Positions 50,201-58,824 of a stretch of DNA of 64,000 nucleotides are shown piece by piece (positions within the stretch are counted from its first letter, which is position 1; each line of letters begins with the position of its first letter). The notes under the pieces were generated by a model. That model worked only from the letters and a program-made list of their open reading frames with translations. It did no database searches and was not told where the DNA came from. Source of the DNA: Candidatus Eiseniibacteriota bacterium (GTDB lineage Bacteria > Eisenbacteria > RBG-16-71-46 > CAIMUX01 > VGJL01); the NCBI GenBank assembly GCA_041946735.1, contig JBHGAY010000008.1, positions 99,891 through 163,890 of the forward strand, given 5' to 3'. Made by a program: the position numbers and the translations under genes.

Positions 50201-50418
50201 TTGCGGCCGAAGTACTGAGACCACGCGGGAGCTGGCCACGCCAGCAGAACGGAGACGAGGAGCACGAGCGAGAGGACCGAGACGGCCGCGCGCCGGTGAC
50301 GGGCGCAACCCTCTTCCGCGACGTACGGCTGCATGGCAGACCGGCGATGGCCCGACGCAGGCGGGGTCATGGCCGAGGAGATCTGGAGCGTGAGGCGGGT
50401 CCAAGGCGAGGGGCTCAT
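47239..50418 (-). CDS. Metallopeptidase-like + TolB/PD40 propeller + Omp85 (BamA/TamA-like) barrel protein
   Basis: 'QYFGRNKV', HELVH...EGMAEY, repeated 'WSPDG', barrel loop 'VRGY'; start uncertain (50418 or 50334). Confidence 0.85.
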   Translation of the reverse strand: MSPSPWTRLTLQISSAMTPPASGHRRSAMQPYVAEEGCARHRRAAVSVLSLVLLVSVLLAWPAPAWSQYFGRNKVRYHEFDFQVLKTEHFEVYYYPNERMAAEDMARMAERWYVRLSGVLRHDLLKRNPIILYANHAHFQQTNVIQGLISEGTGGVTEPLKDRVVLPLTGVYRNNDHVLGHELVHAFQFDVAQNPGDTLGFSIGRLPLWMVEGMAEYLSVGRNDPLTAMWMRDALLQNDFPKISDLGTDPRYFPYRFGQAFWAYVAGVWGDDIVPRLYRATGELGPDEAFRSVLGMSSDSLSALWAGASREYLLPPAEGRTAPKDAGRSILSKDSGAGEMVVGPAISPDGKRIAFLSERGFFSIDLYLADARTGKVVKRLTRTSADPHFTALRFIDSAGAWSPDGRRLAFVVFETGENRLAILDVGSEKIERQIRVKDAGGLSNPSWSPDGKSIVVSGIAGGISDLFLVDLASGSTTRLTDDRYADVEPTWSPDGATIAFTTDRGDGTNFETLEFGNMRIGLMDVRSRAIRMLDPLPGSNQINPQYASDGRSLFFIADRSGIADIYRVDLGGGAVRQVTAVKTGVSGITSLSPAISVSPGTGEIVFSVFERGGYRVQGLDASEAQGGALVETNASAGILPPADLRARALVERYLADPRGLPSGNFASRDYSPALKLDAIGVPSAGIAVDRYGASVAGAIGLYFSDMLANRELSLYVQANGGVRDIGGQVIYQNNRSRWTWGAAAGHIPYRVTTTAAYQDTVRVNGQPQQGVVFEEQNQRQYEEMLQLNASYPFSQTQRFEIGTGYSRITFSNQLHVVETVSGFQVRDRTQDLPSRDAMNLFQGYAALVEDRSFFGFTSPVAGTRWRLEVAPTFGSLQYESVLADYRHYFFLRPITFAVRGLHFGRYGGNAESDDLSPLFLGTETLVRGYSSGSFDASECGDPTGGTCGPFDRLIGSRIAVGNLELRVPLLGDEQLGLLTFPYLPTEIVAFADGGVAWSSSETPKLRFDRTTNERVPVFSAGGSARLNVLGALVVELYAAHPFQRPEKNWEFGFLLSPGW

Positions 50419-50545
50419 CTGTCACCATCCGTCTCTCTGCGATGGCTGCCGAACGACAGGCATCGCGGCTCGTTGTCGTTCCGTTCCCCCCGGGTCACTT
50501 CCGACGCTATCACAGCACACACCCGGTACAGCCCGTCCGGGTTCG

Positions 50546-51682
50546 TCACGAGCGGCGGATCGCTTCCCGCGCGCCTCCCGGAGTCCTGGCGGCGCCCGGG
50601 GGCGAAACGGCCTGCGCGGAGATCCGCTCGTCCTTCTCAGCGATCTCTCTCTGAAGCATGTAGCGAACCGCTCCGAGCACGAGAAGGTGGAACACGAAGC
50701 CGAACAGAGCGGCGAACCTCTGCCGGTAGAAAAGGAAGACCTGGGTCAGCAGGAGCGACACGAGGATCGAGCGCTCGAACATGCGAAACGCGTCCACTCT
50801 CGAGCGACGAATGCTATATGCGCCGAGCAGGGCCAGGCCGGTGGCGAGCGCGGAGGAGCCGATCTCCGCGCCGTCGAGAACCGTCCAGCCCTCGGGAGAG
50901 GGCACGAACCGCTCGAAGGTGAGGATCCGCCCCCACTCCGCATAGCGCGGGGCCGCGAAAGGGAGGAGAACCGAGAGGTAGAGGAGATTCCACGCGCGTT
51001 CGACGACGAAGAATGTGACGACGATTCGGTTGAACGATCGGTGCGACGCCACGCTTCGATAGAAGGAACGAATCTTCTCCCTCAGGCGGGCCCACTCCCG
51101 CGGGGTTCCGGAGGCGACGAGGATCGAGCCGGCCAGCGATCGGCGGAGGGGCTCGACGAGCGGGCTCTCCGGATCCGCGTGATCGAGATAGAGGAGCGCC
51201 CTCCGCTGTTCCTCCGGATCGAGATCGTCCAACGCGACGTTCTGCATTTCCTGCAAGGCATTCACCAGGTACTCGTTGGCCGTGTACCGGCGGCGCGTCA
51301 GGACCGAGCGAACGACGACGAACACGAGGACGAACACGACGTAGATCATGGCGACGGCCGGGCGGAAGAAATAGTCGTTGTCGCGTGTCACGAACTTCCC
51401 GATTTCGTCGATGAACATGCCGAACCCGACCCCTCCGACGAACACGGCCAGCCGTCTCGGTCTTCTCGTGATGAAGACGATCAGGAGGAGCAACGAGACG
51501 AGCATCAGGAGTCCGCCCCACAACATGTGCGCGACGTGAAGTGTCGCGCCGCCGATCCGGATGTATCCGGTGAGATGCAGAAACGCGCGAATTGCCAGCA
51601 CGGTCGCCACGGCGGACAGAAGGAACGTTTCGAAGTTGTCGCCGGCGTCGAAATCGCGAGCGAATGCGCTCGGCCGTTTCAC
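50546..51682 (-). CDS. Hypothetical integral membrane protein
   Basis: AGGAGG RBS before GTG 51682; 'HVAHMLWGG', 'FIDEIGKF..DNDYF'; multiple TM helices. Confidence 0.75.
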   Translation of the reverse strand: MKRPSAFARDFDAGDNFETFLLSAVATVLAIRAFLHLTGYIRIGGATLHVAHMLWGGLLMLVSLLLLIVFITRRPRRLAVFVGGVGFGMFIDEIGKFVTRDNDYFFRPAVAMIYVVFVLVFVVVRSVLTRRRYTANEYLVNALQEMQNVALDDLDPEEQRRALLYLDHADPESPLVEPLRRSLAGSILVASGTPREWARLREKIRSFYRSVASHRSFNRIVVTFFVVERAWNLLYLSVLLPFAAPRYAEWGRILTFERFVPSPEGWTVLDGAEIGSSALATGLALLGAYSIRRSRVDAFRMFERSILVSLLLTQVFLFYRQRFAALFGFVFHLLVLGAVRYMLQREIAEKDERISAQAVSPPGAARTPGGAREAIRRS

Positions 51683-52095
51683 AAAGATCCTCCTGATGGA
51701 AACGCAGGGAGGACGGTCGCATCTACGCGCAACGTACCACGGATTGCGGGAGGAGGCGCCGCGGAGGGTACGAGAAGACGGCAGGCGGAAGGGCAGGCTC
51801 ATGAACCGTTCGGGCATCGAAGCGACGAACGGGGCGATCGAACGCATCGTATTGACCATTCCGTGAACGTGGGCGCAGAGTCCTTCCAGTGTCCGGGCTC
51901 GTCATGGGCGCGCGAGCCGGAAGTCGCGAACTGTGGAGCGGATGGTGTGGCGGCCAAGGGTCATGCCGTCCACGCCGCTCGCCAGTGCCGTGAGACGGCG
52001 TGCGCGGCCCGTCAGTACGCAGGGGATCCTTCATCCATTCACCACCGATCAAAAACCGAGCGAAAGCAAGCGACTTGCTGGAAAGGGACATTCCC

Positions 52096-53763
52096 ATGCG
52101 AAAGACTATCGTGTTGTCTCTGTTGGCCGCGTTCGTCCTCTGCTTTCTCATTTCCGGGATAGCTGCGGCTGAGACGGTCCACCTTGCCGCCGACATCGTC
52201 GCCGACGGTCTGGTATCGCCCGTCACCGCAGTCTCGCCTGATGATGGTTCCGGCCGGCTCTTCGTCGTCGATCAGATCGGCCTGATCCGCATCATCGATC
52301 GTAACGGGACACTGCAGAGCGATCCGTTCCTCGACGTGCGGGACCGCCTGGTCGATCTGCAGGGAAGCTATGACGAGAGAGGCCTCCTCGCACTCGCGTT
52401 CCATCCCGACTACAGGAACAACGGCCGATTCTTCGTGAAGTACTCCGAGCCCCTCCGGCAGGGCGCTCCGGAGGAATGGGACCACACGCTGGTGATCGCG
52501 GAGTTTCGAGTGGACCCGAGCGACCCGAACCGCGCCGATCCGAACTCCGAGCAGAAGATCATGGAGGTCGACAAGCCGCAGTCGAACCACAACGGTGGCG
52601 CGATCGCGTTCGGGCCCGACGGGTACCTCTACATCACCCTTGGCGATGGGGGGGGAGCGAACGACACCGGTGAGGGGCACGATCCCAACACCGGAAACGG
52701 ACAGGACATCGATACCTTGCTGGGCAAGATTCTGCGCATCGACGTCGACACGAACGATGGGCGCGGCTACGGCATCCCTCCTAGCAATCCGTTCGTCGGG
52801 CGTGACGGCCGTGACGAGATCTATGCGTACGGCTTCCGCAATCCCTACACGATGTCCTTCGACATGGGGGGGAGTGGAGAGTTGTTCGTCGGCGACGCGG
52901 GGCAGAATCTCTGGGAGGAGATCGACATCGTCCAAAACGGGCACAACTATGGGTGGAACTTGAAGGAGGGGTCCCACTGCTTCGACCCGCAAAATCCCGA
53001 CGACCCTCCCCGTGACTGCAACGACACCGGTTACCGCGGGGAACCTCTGACGCCGCCGATCGTCGAAGTCTCGAACCTGGCGAATCCCGCTGGCGGCCGC
53101 TTCCGCACTCTTGCGATCATCGGCGGCTACGTCTATCGAGGCCAGGACGTTCCGAGCCTGCAGGGCCGCTACATCTTCGGCGGTCTCAGCTCGAGCGAGA
53201 GCTTCGCCGACGGGCGGGTCTGGATGGCCGAGCGGCAGGAATCGCGGGCGGGCTGGCGCGTGGACGAGCTGATGGTCGAGCCGACCTGGCCGACCGAGGA
53301 GACGGCCCGGGCGACCCGTCTCGGGTACGTGAAGGGGTTCGGCCAGGATGACCTGGGCGAAGTCTACGTGATGTTGAGCGACAGCATCGGGCCTGCGGGA
53401 ACGACGGGAAAGGTCGTCCGCCTGACGATGGCGGGCGAAGGCGACGCCATGCAGCAGCAGACGCCCACGATCCTTTCCCAGAGCTCCGGCAATCGCGGGC
53501 CATTCTCGGTCTCGATCGGACGAGGGAACCCGGCCTCCGTGCGCTTCCATCTCGACACCCGCGCCACGGTGGCGGCTCAAGTCATCGACGTAGCCGGGCG
53601 CGTGGTGCGCGACCTCGGCAACCGCGCGCTGGTCGAGGGCGACCACGAGTTGGGCTGGGACGGCCGGGACGATTCGGGGTCCCTGCTACCGTCCGGGGTC
53701 TATTTCTACCGGCTCGAGAGCGATCTCGGACGCAAGACCCAGCGTGTTCTCTACGTGAGATGA
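52096..53763 (+). CDS. PQQ-dependent glucose/sorbosone dehydrogenase family protein with C-terminal FlgD Ig-like domain
   Basis: 'ERGLL.LAFHP', 'NHNGG.I.FGPDG', 'YGFRNP', 'NYGW'; tail 'WDGRD...SGVYFYRL'. Confidence 0.9.
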   Translation: MRKTIVLSLLAAFVLCFLISGIAAAETVHLAADIVADGLVSPVTAVSPDDGSGRLFVVDQIGLIRIIDRNGTLQSDPFLDVRDRLVDLQGSYDERGLLALAFHPDYRNNGRFFVKYSEPLRQGAPEEWDHTLVIAEFRVDPSDPNRADPNSEQKIMEVDKPQSNHNGGAIAFGPDGYLYITLGDGGGANDTGEGHDPNTGNGQDIDTLLGKILRIDVDTNDGRGYGIPPSNPFVGRDGRDEIYAYGFRNPYTMSFDMGGSGELFVGDAGQNLWEEIDIVQNGHNYGWNLKEGSHCFDPQNPDDPPRDCNDTGYRGEPLTPPIVEVSNLANPAGGRFRTLAIIGGYVYRGQDVPSLQGRYIFGGLSSSESFADGRVWMAERQESRAGWRVDELMVEPTWPTEETARATRLGYVKGFGQDDLGEVYVMLSDSIGPAGTTGKVVRLTMAGEGDAMQQQTPTILSQSSGNRGPFSVSIGRGNPASVRFHLDTRATVAAQVIDVAGRVVRDLGNRALVEGDHELGWDGRDDSGSLLPSGVYFYRLESDLGRKTQRVLYVR

Positions 53764-53862
53764 AGCCTGCGGCGTAGAGAACGAGAACGCCTCGAGACAG
53801 GCGCTCGGGCCGCCGGCGGCGACCATCCTCTTGATGGGAGTACGGTCGCCGCGCAGCAAAAG

Positions 53863-53890
53863 AGAGGGGACCGGCATCCCGGTCCCCTCT
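53863..53890 (-). terminator. Intrinsic terminator hairpin
   Basis: AGAGGGGACCGG-CATC-CCGGTCCCCTCT; short T-run follows on the minus strand. Confidence 0.75.
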
Positions 53891-53944
53891 CCATTGATCG
53901 TAAGCTCGGATCGCCTCGCCGGAAGCGAGCCGCGCGAGAAACAA

Positions 53945-54667
53945 CTAGCGATACAGCCCCTTCACCTGGCCCCAGGTCGAGTTCTGCGTCGCAACGGGGG
54001 GACCGCAAATGGTGTCGCCGTTGATGACGAAGAGCGTCTGCGAGTCGGGGAAGCCGATGTCGCTGACGCCGGTCGGCTCGCTGATGCCGCAGTCGACGGC
54101 CGCGATGTAGGCGTCCTGGAAGGCGCCCGCGTCGTTGGCAGCCGGGTAGAAGGAAACGTAGTTCAGCTCGCCGGACGGAGCATCGAGCGCCATGACGAGG
54201 TCGGTCGCCTGGCCGTCCTCGACGCACCACTCGACCGGCACGTTGATCATGAAGCCAACGTCGTTCGGGGTGAGGTCGACCGGGATCCGGGCGACTTCGG
54301 TCATGTTGGCGAAGCGGAACTGCGCGCCGTTCGCGATCTCGAAGAGGACCACGTCAACCGTCATGTTGCCAGTCAGGTAGGAAACGCCGAAGTCGACGCT
54401 CTGGACCTGGAGCTGGCCGAGGCCGTGGTCGTCAAAGAGGAAGAAGCGACGGAGGAACCAGTTCTGGGTCGTGTAGGAGCCAGCCACGCCGCACGCGACC
54501 TGCGTGTCGCCGATCGTCGTGATGTCGTAGTTCTGGAAGACCTGGACCGGCTCGCGCTGGATCGGGTCGACCTGATAGGACGGGTGGTCGACCGTGAAAA
54601 GCTCGGCCGCGTTCGCGATCGTGCCGATGCACAGAAGGCCCAGAGCCAGCAGTAGAACTTGCCTCAT
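53945..54667 (-). CDS. Secreted hypothetical protein, paralog 1, C-terminal 'STWGQVKGLYR'
   Basis: AAGGAG RBS, signal peptide ending ANA; near-copy of 55188-55907. Confidence 0.88.
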   Translation of the reverse strand: MRQVLLLALGLLCIGTIANAAELFTVDHPSYQVDPIQREPVQVFQNYDITTIGDTQVACGVAGSYTTQNWFLRRFFLFDDHGLGQLQVQSVDFGVSYLTGNMTVDVVLFEIANGAQFRFANMTEVARIPVDLTPNDVGFMINVPVEWCVEDGQATDLVMALDAPSGELNYVSFYPAANDAGAFQDAYIAAVDCGISEPTGVSDIGFPDSQTLFVINGDTICGPPVATQNSTWGQVKGLYR

Positions 54668-55096
54668 GGGAATCTCCTTGTTGTAGATCCTTTGCCGGCG
54701 CAGAACCCGTCAAGGAATTCCGCGCGTCTCGCTTGTTCCGGGTGTTCCGCCCCCCTCGGGAAGATGCTCGCACCGCCCCTCGAAAGCGGAAGCCCGACCG
54801 GCGCGGAGCAAGAACTGCCCCGTACACTCTGACGGGATAATTTTACGGCAGGTCCGCGTCCTTTCCTAGCAGATTCCTTCTCCGAGACCAAACTTCTTCC
54901 TGGCGTTCGCTTGTCCGATTCATGGACGGCGGAACTCGCTGCAAATCATTGACTTCAGTGAATACACCGGTTTCCGGGGCGTGCCCGGAGATCGGGAGTT
55001 CCCGCAGCGACGGCACCCAGGGCCGTGAGCGTTCCGGCAGGTCAGGATGCGTGGGGAGGTGAGAAACGGGGCAGGAAGAGGGGAGAGAGAAGCGCG

Positions 55097-55125
55097 GCAG
55101 GGGGCCGGATCGACCGGCCCCCTGC
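55097..55125 (-). terminator. Terminator-like hairpin
   Basis: GCAGGGGGCCGG-ATCGA-CCGGCCCCCTGC. Confidence 0.7.
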
Positions 55126-55187
55126 CTGGGAGTCTTGCTCGGTGCGCCTCGCCGGAAGCGACCTCGCAGGAATCTTCAAATCGGCAA

Positions 55188-55907
55188 CTAGCGGTAGAGG
55201 CCCTTCACCTGGCCCCAGGTCGTCTCCTCGGTCGCGACCGGACCGCAGTTGTCCTGGCCGTTGACGACGAAGATCGTCTGCGAATCGGGGAAGCCGATGT
55301 CGCTGACGCCCGTCGGCTCGCTGATGCCGCAGTCGGCAGCCGCGATGTAGGCATCCTGGAAGGCGCCCGCGTCGTTCGCAGCCGGGTAGAAGGAAACGAG
55401 GCTCAGCTCGCCGGAAGGAGCATCAATCGCGACGACGAGGTCGGTGTTGACGCCATCCTCGATGCAGCAGCTGACCGGGACGTTGACCAGGAAGCCAACG
55501 TCGTTCGGCGTGAGGTCGACGGAAGCCCGACCGCACTCGGTCATGTTGGCGAAGCGGAACGCCGCGCCGTTCGGGATCGTGAAGAGAATGAGGTCGACGG
55601 TGATGTTGCCGGTCAGGTACGAAACGCCGAAGTCGACGCTCTCGACCTGGATGGCGTTCAGACCGTGGTCGGCGTTGAGGAAGAAGCGGCGGAGGAACCA
55701 GTTCTGCGTCGTGTACGAACCGGCGACGCCGCAGGCAACCTGCGTGTCACCGATCGTGGTGATGTCGTAGTTCTGGTAGATCTGCACCGGCGCCCGCTGA
55801 ATCGGATCGACCTGGTAGGACTGGTGGTCGACCGTCAGGAACTCGGCCGCGCTGGCCGCTGAGCCGATGAACAGAAGGCCCAGAGCGATCAGTAGAAATT
55901 GCCTCAT
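55188..55907 (-). CDS. Secreted hypothetical protein, paralog 2, C-terminal 'TTWGQVKGLYR'
   Basis: AAGGAG RBS, signal peptide ending ASA. Confidence 0.88.
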   Translation of the reverse strand: MRQFLLIALGLLFIGSAASAAEFLTVDHQSYQVDPIQRAPVQIYQNYDITTIGDTQVACGVAGSYTTQNWFLRRFFLNADHGLNAIQVESVDFGVSYLTGNITVDLILFTIPNGAAFRFANMTECGRASVDLTPNDVGFLVNVPVSCCIEDGVNTDLVVAIDAPSGELSLVSFYPAANDAGAFQDAYIAAADCGISEPTGVSDIGFPDSQTIFVVNGQDNCGPVATEETTWGQVKGLYR

Positions 55908-56230
55908 CGAAAGACTCCTTTGATGTTGTTGATAGGGTCCTTGGCCGGCGCGGAGGTCTCATGCCTCCGCTGTCGCTTCTCGGTCTCTCCTGGGCCGGGG
56001 AGGGAACCCGCTCTCCAGCTGGAGGACCACCGATTGGGCTTCGAGTTGTCACTCCCGCCCAAACGCTCCGACGCAGCGGATCTTACAATATCGATTCTCG
56101 GGTCTACTACAAGAATCATGCACGAAATGCGAGTGCGCGACTCTTGCCTCCCGCCGCGAGCGTCGAAAATTAATGTTCGCCTCTGACGGCGAATCTTTTT
56201 CGGCATGTGAATGACGGAACATTCATGAGG

Positions 56231-56258
56231 AGCGGTCGAGCGTGAACGCTCGACCGCT
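56231..56258 (-). terminator. Hairpin downstream of glnA
   Basis: AGCGGTCGAGCG-TGAA-CGCTCGACCGCT. Confidence 0.65.
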
Positions 56259-56273
56259 ATCCGGCCGTTCGGC

Positions 56274-57716
56274 TCAAGCGTCGAAGTACAGGGCGATCTC
56301 CCTGGGATGCGGCCGGTTTCTCACGTCGAGGGCTTCCTTCCGCTTGATCTCGATCCACGTGGCGATCGTCTCTTCGTCGAAGACGCCCCCCTCCAGCAGA
56401 AACAGGTGGTCCCGCTCCAGGGCATCGAGAGCCTCGACGAGCGAGAGCGGCAGCGTCCTCGATCCCATCGAGTCGCGATCCGGTCGGTCGCTGATGTTCT
56501 GATCGTACGGGCCGAACCCCTCCGCGTGCGGATCGACCCGATGGACGATCCCGTCGAGTCCGGCCATCAACATTCCGGCGAGGGCCAGATAGATGTTGCA
56601 GGTGCCGTCGGGGGGACGGAACTCGATGCGCTTCGTGTCCGGAGTGCGCGCGCCTTCCGGGATGCGAACCGCGGCGCTGCGATTGGCGAGGCCGTAGATC
56701 GCATGGATGGGTGCCTCGAAGCCGGGGACGAGGCGGCGATAGGAATTGGTGCTTGGATTGGTGAGCCCGAGCAGCGCGGGACCGTGCCGGAGAAGGCCGC
56801 CGACATAGTGCAGGGCGAGCTCCGACAACCCCGCCCACCCGGACTCGTCGTAGAAGAGGGGCCGTCCTTCGAGGAACAGGTGTTGGTGGATGTGCATCCC
56901 GCTGCCGGCCGCGTTCCAGAGCGGCTTCGGCATGAAGGTAGCCGTCCGGCCGTTGCGATCGGCGCACATGCGGATCAGATACTTCCCGAGCATCGTGGCG
57001 TCGCCGGCCGCGAGAAGCGAGAGGAAGAGGATCTCGATCTCGGACTGCCCGGGGCCTCCCCCCTCGTGATGGTGGTACCGGACCGGAATGCCACACGCCT
57101 GGAAGTGCCGCACCATCTCGTCGCGGAGCAGGTAGAGCCGGTCCTGGGGCGGCAAGGCGTGGTACCCGCCCTTCAGCGGAAGGGTGGTCCCATGTCCGGA
57201 AGGACGGTGGGAATTCCATTCCGCTTCCCGAGAGTCGAGGCGGTAGTACGAGGTGTAGACGTCGGAGCGGTGGCGCACATCATCGAAGACGTAGAACTCG
57301 AACTCCGGACTCATCAGCGCCCGATCGGCGATGCCGGTCTTCTTCAGATACGCTTCCGCGCGGCGCGCGATCCCTCGCGGATCGCGCGGGAACGGGGTGC
57401 CGTCCCCCTTGAAAATGTCGCAGATCAGACTCAACGTGGGACGGTCCCAGAAGGGATCGAGAACGCCGCTGTCCGGATCGGGAATCAGCGTCATGTCGCT
57501 CGAGGCCTTGGGCCTGTAGCCCGCGACGCTCGATCCGTCGAACGGGATCCCCTCGGAGAATAGGTCCTGGCCGAGACGATCGTGTGGAAGCGTCAGGTGA
57601 TGCCACCGTCCAGAGAGGTCGACGAACTTCAGATCGACCGTCTCGATCTTCTGGTCCGTGGCGAAACGGAGGAGATTCTGAACGGACTGCGAGTGCGCGG
57701 CGATTCGATCGGGCAT
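56274..57716 (-). CDS. glnA: Glutamine synthetase type I
   Basis: 'FDGSS', 'PEFEFY', 'HHHE', 'TFMPKP...GSGMHIH', 'NRSAAVRIP', 'RIEFRPPD'. Confidence 0.95.
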   Translation of the reverse strand: MPDRIAAHSQSVQNLLRFATDQKIETVDLKFVDLSGRWHHLTLPHDRLGQDLFSEGIPFDGSSVAGYRPKASSDMTLIPDPDSGVLDPFWDRPTLSLICDIFKGDGTPFPRDPRGIARRAEAYLKKTGIADRALMSPEFEFYVFDDVRHRSDVYTSYYRLDSREAEWNSHRPSGHGTTLPLKGGYHALPPQDRLYLLRDEMVRHFQACGIPVRYHHHEGGGPGQSEIEILFLSLLAAGDATMLGKYLIRMCADRNGRTATFMPKPLWNAAGSGMHIHQHLFLEGRPLFYDESGWAGLSELALHYVGGLLRHGPALLGLTNPSTNSYRRLVPGFEAPIHAIYGLANRSAAVRIPEGARTPDTKRIEFRPPDGTCNIYLALAGMLMAGLDGIVHRVDPHAEGFGPYDQNISDRPDRDSMGSRTLPLSLVEALDALERDHLFLLEGGVFDEETIATWIEIKRKEALDVRNRPHPREIALYFDA

Positions 57717-57790
57717 TGGTGCCTCCCTTCCCATCGTCTCGGGCCGGTTCGCGTTGCGGGACGCCTCCGGCCCTCCCCAGCCAAGCCGCG

Positions 57791-58702
57791 ATGATGGTAC
57801 ACGCTTCCGGCCCCCCGACCAATGCGCCCCTGTGGTCGCGTCTTTGGTTCCTCCTGCTCCACCTGAGACTTCACTTCCAGTTGATGCTCGGGTCGATCTT
57901 CCTTCTCGGTTACGTGCTGGCGGGCGGGGAGCCGAATCTGCGTGGCCTCGCGGCTTTCCTGATCCTGCACGTCTGCCTCTACGGGGGCACGACCGCGTTC
58001 AACTCCTACTACGATCGGGACGAGGGTCCGGTGGGCGGTCTGGCCGCCCCGCCGCCCGTTCGCGAGGAGCTGCTGCCGTTCTCTCTCGGCCTCCAGTTCC
58101 TCGGGTTGCTCCTCGCCGCGTGGATCGGGATCGACTTCTGGGCCACCTACGCGGCGATCTTCCTGCTGGGGATCGGCTACTCGATCCCCGAGGTGCGCTG
58201 GAAGGGCCGGCCCTGGCCGAGCGTGCTCGTCGTGTCGATCGGCCAGGGAGTTCTCGGATTCGACGCGGGAGCGTCGGTGATTCGCGGCGACCGCACGCTC
58301 ATCGGCGATCCGGTCCTTGCGCTCGGCGCTCTGCTCGCCGCGCTGATCACGACCGGGATCTATCCGCTCACGCAGATCTACCAGATCGAGGAGGATGCGG
58401 CACGCGGCGACCGCACCTTCGCCGTCGCGTACGGCCCCCAGGCTTGCTTCCGCCTCTCCCTCGCCCTGCTCGGGCTTGCGGGGATCCTTGCGGTCGTCTT
58501 GTTCTGGATCTGGTTCGCCGCCTGGCAGGCGGTCGTCGCGGGGGTTTTCGTCCTGGCGGTATGGCTCCGCATCCTTCTGTGGTCGCGCCGGTACGACCCC
58601 AGCGATCCGGTCAGGACCATGCGGCGCACGATGCTCCTCGCCTATGCGACGTCGGGCGGCTTCGGTCTCTTCCTCCTCGCGAGGTTGCTCGACGTGATCT
58701 GA
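57791..58702 (+). CDS. UbiA superfamily prenyltransferase
   Basis: 'NSYYDRDEG', 'YS.P..RWK', 'EEDAARGDRT'; multiple TM helices. Confidence 0.8.
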   Translation: MMVHASGPPTNAPLWSRLWFLLLHLRLHFQLMLGSIFLLGYVLAGGEPNLRGLAAFLILHVCLYGGTTAFNSYYDRDEGPVGGLAAPPPVREELLPFSLGLQFLGLLLAAWIGIDFWATYAAIFLLGIGYSIPEVRWKGRPWPSVLVVSIGQGVLGFDAGASVIRGDRTLIGDPVLALGALLAALITTGIYPLTQIYQIEEDAARGDRTFAVAYGPQACFRLSLALLGLAGILAVVLFWIWFAAWQAVVAGVFVLAVWLRILLWSRRYDPSDPVRTMRRTMLLAYATSGGFGLFLLARLLDVI

Positions 58703-58824
58703 GAAGAGAGGCGGCGAGCGTGCGGCGGGCGCCGGGGAACGACGGCCTGCGGCCTGCGGCTGCGGACGGCCGCGAAGAGACGGACCGGACGGCAGGCGTG
58801 CGAGCCGCCGCCCCTCGCGCGGCG

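Noticed and set aside
55140..55186. tRNA-Sec candidate around CTTCAAA
   Set aside because: No acceptor stem, T-loop or anticodon stem can be formed
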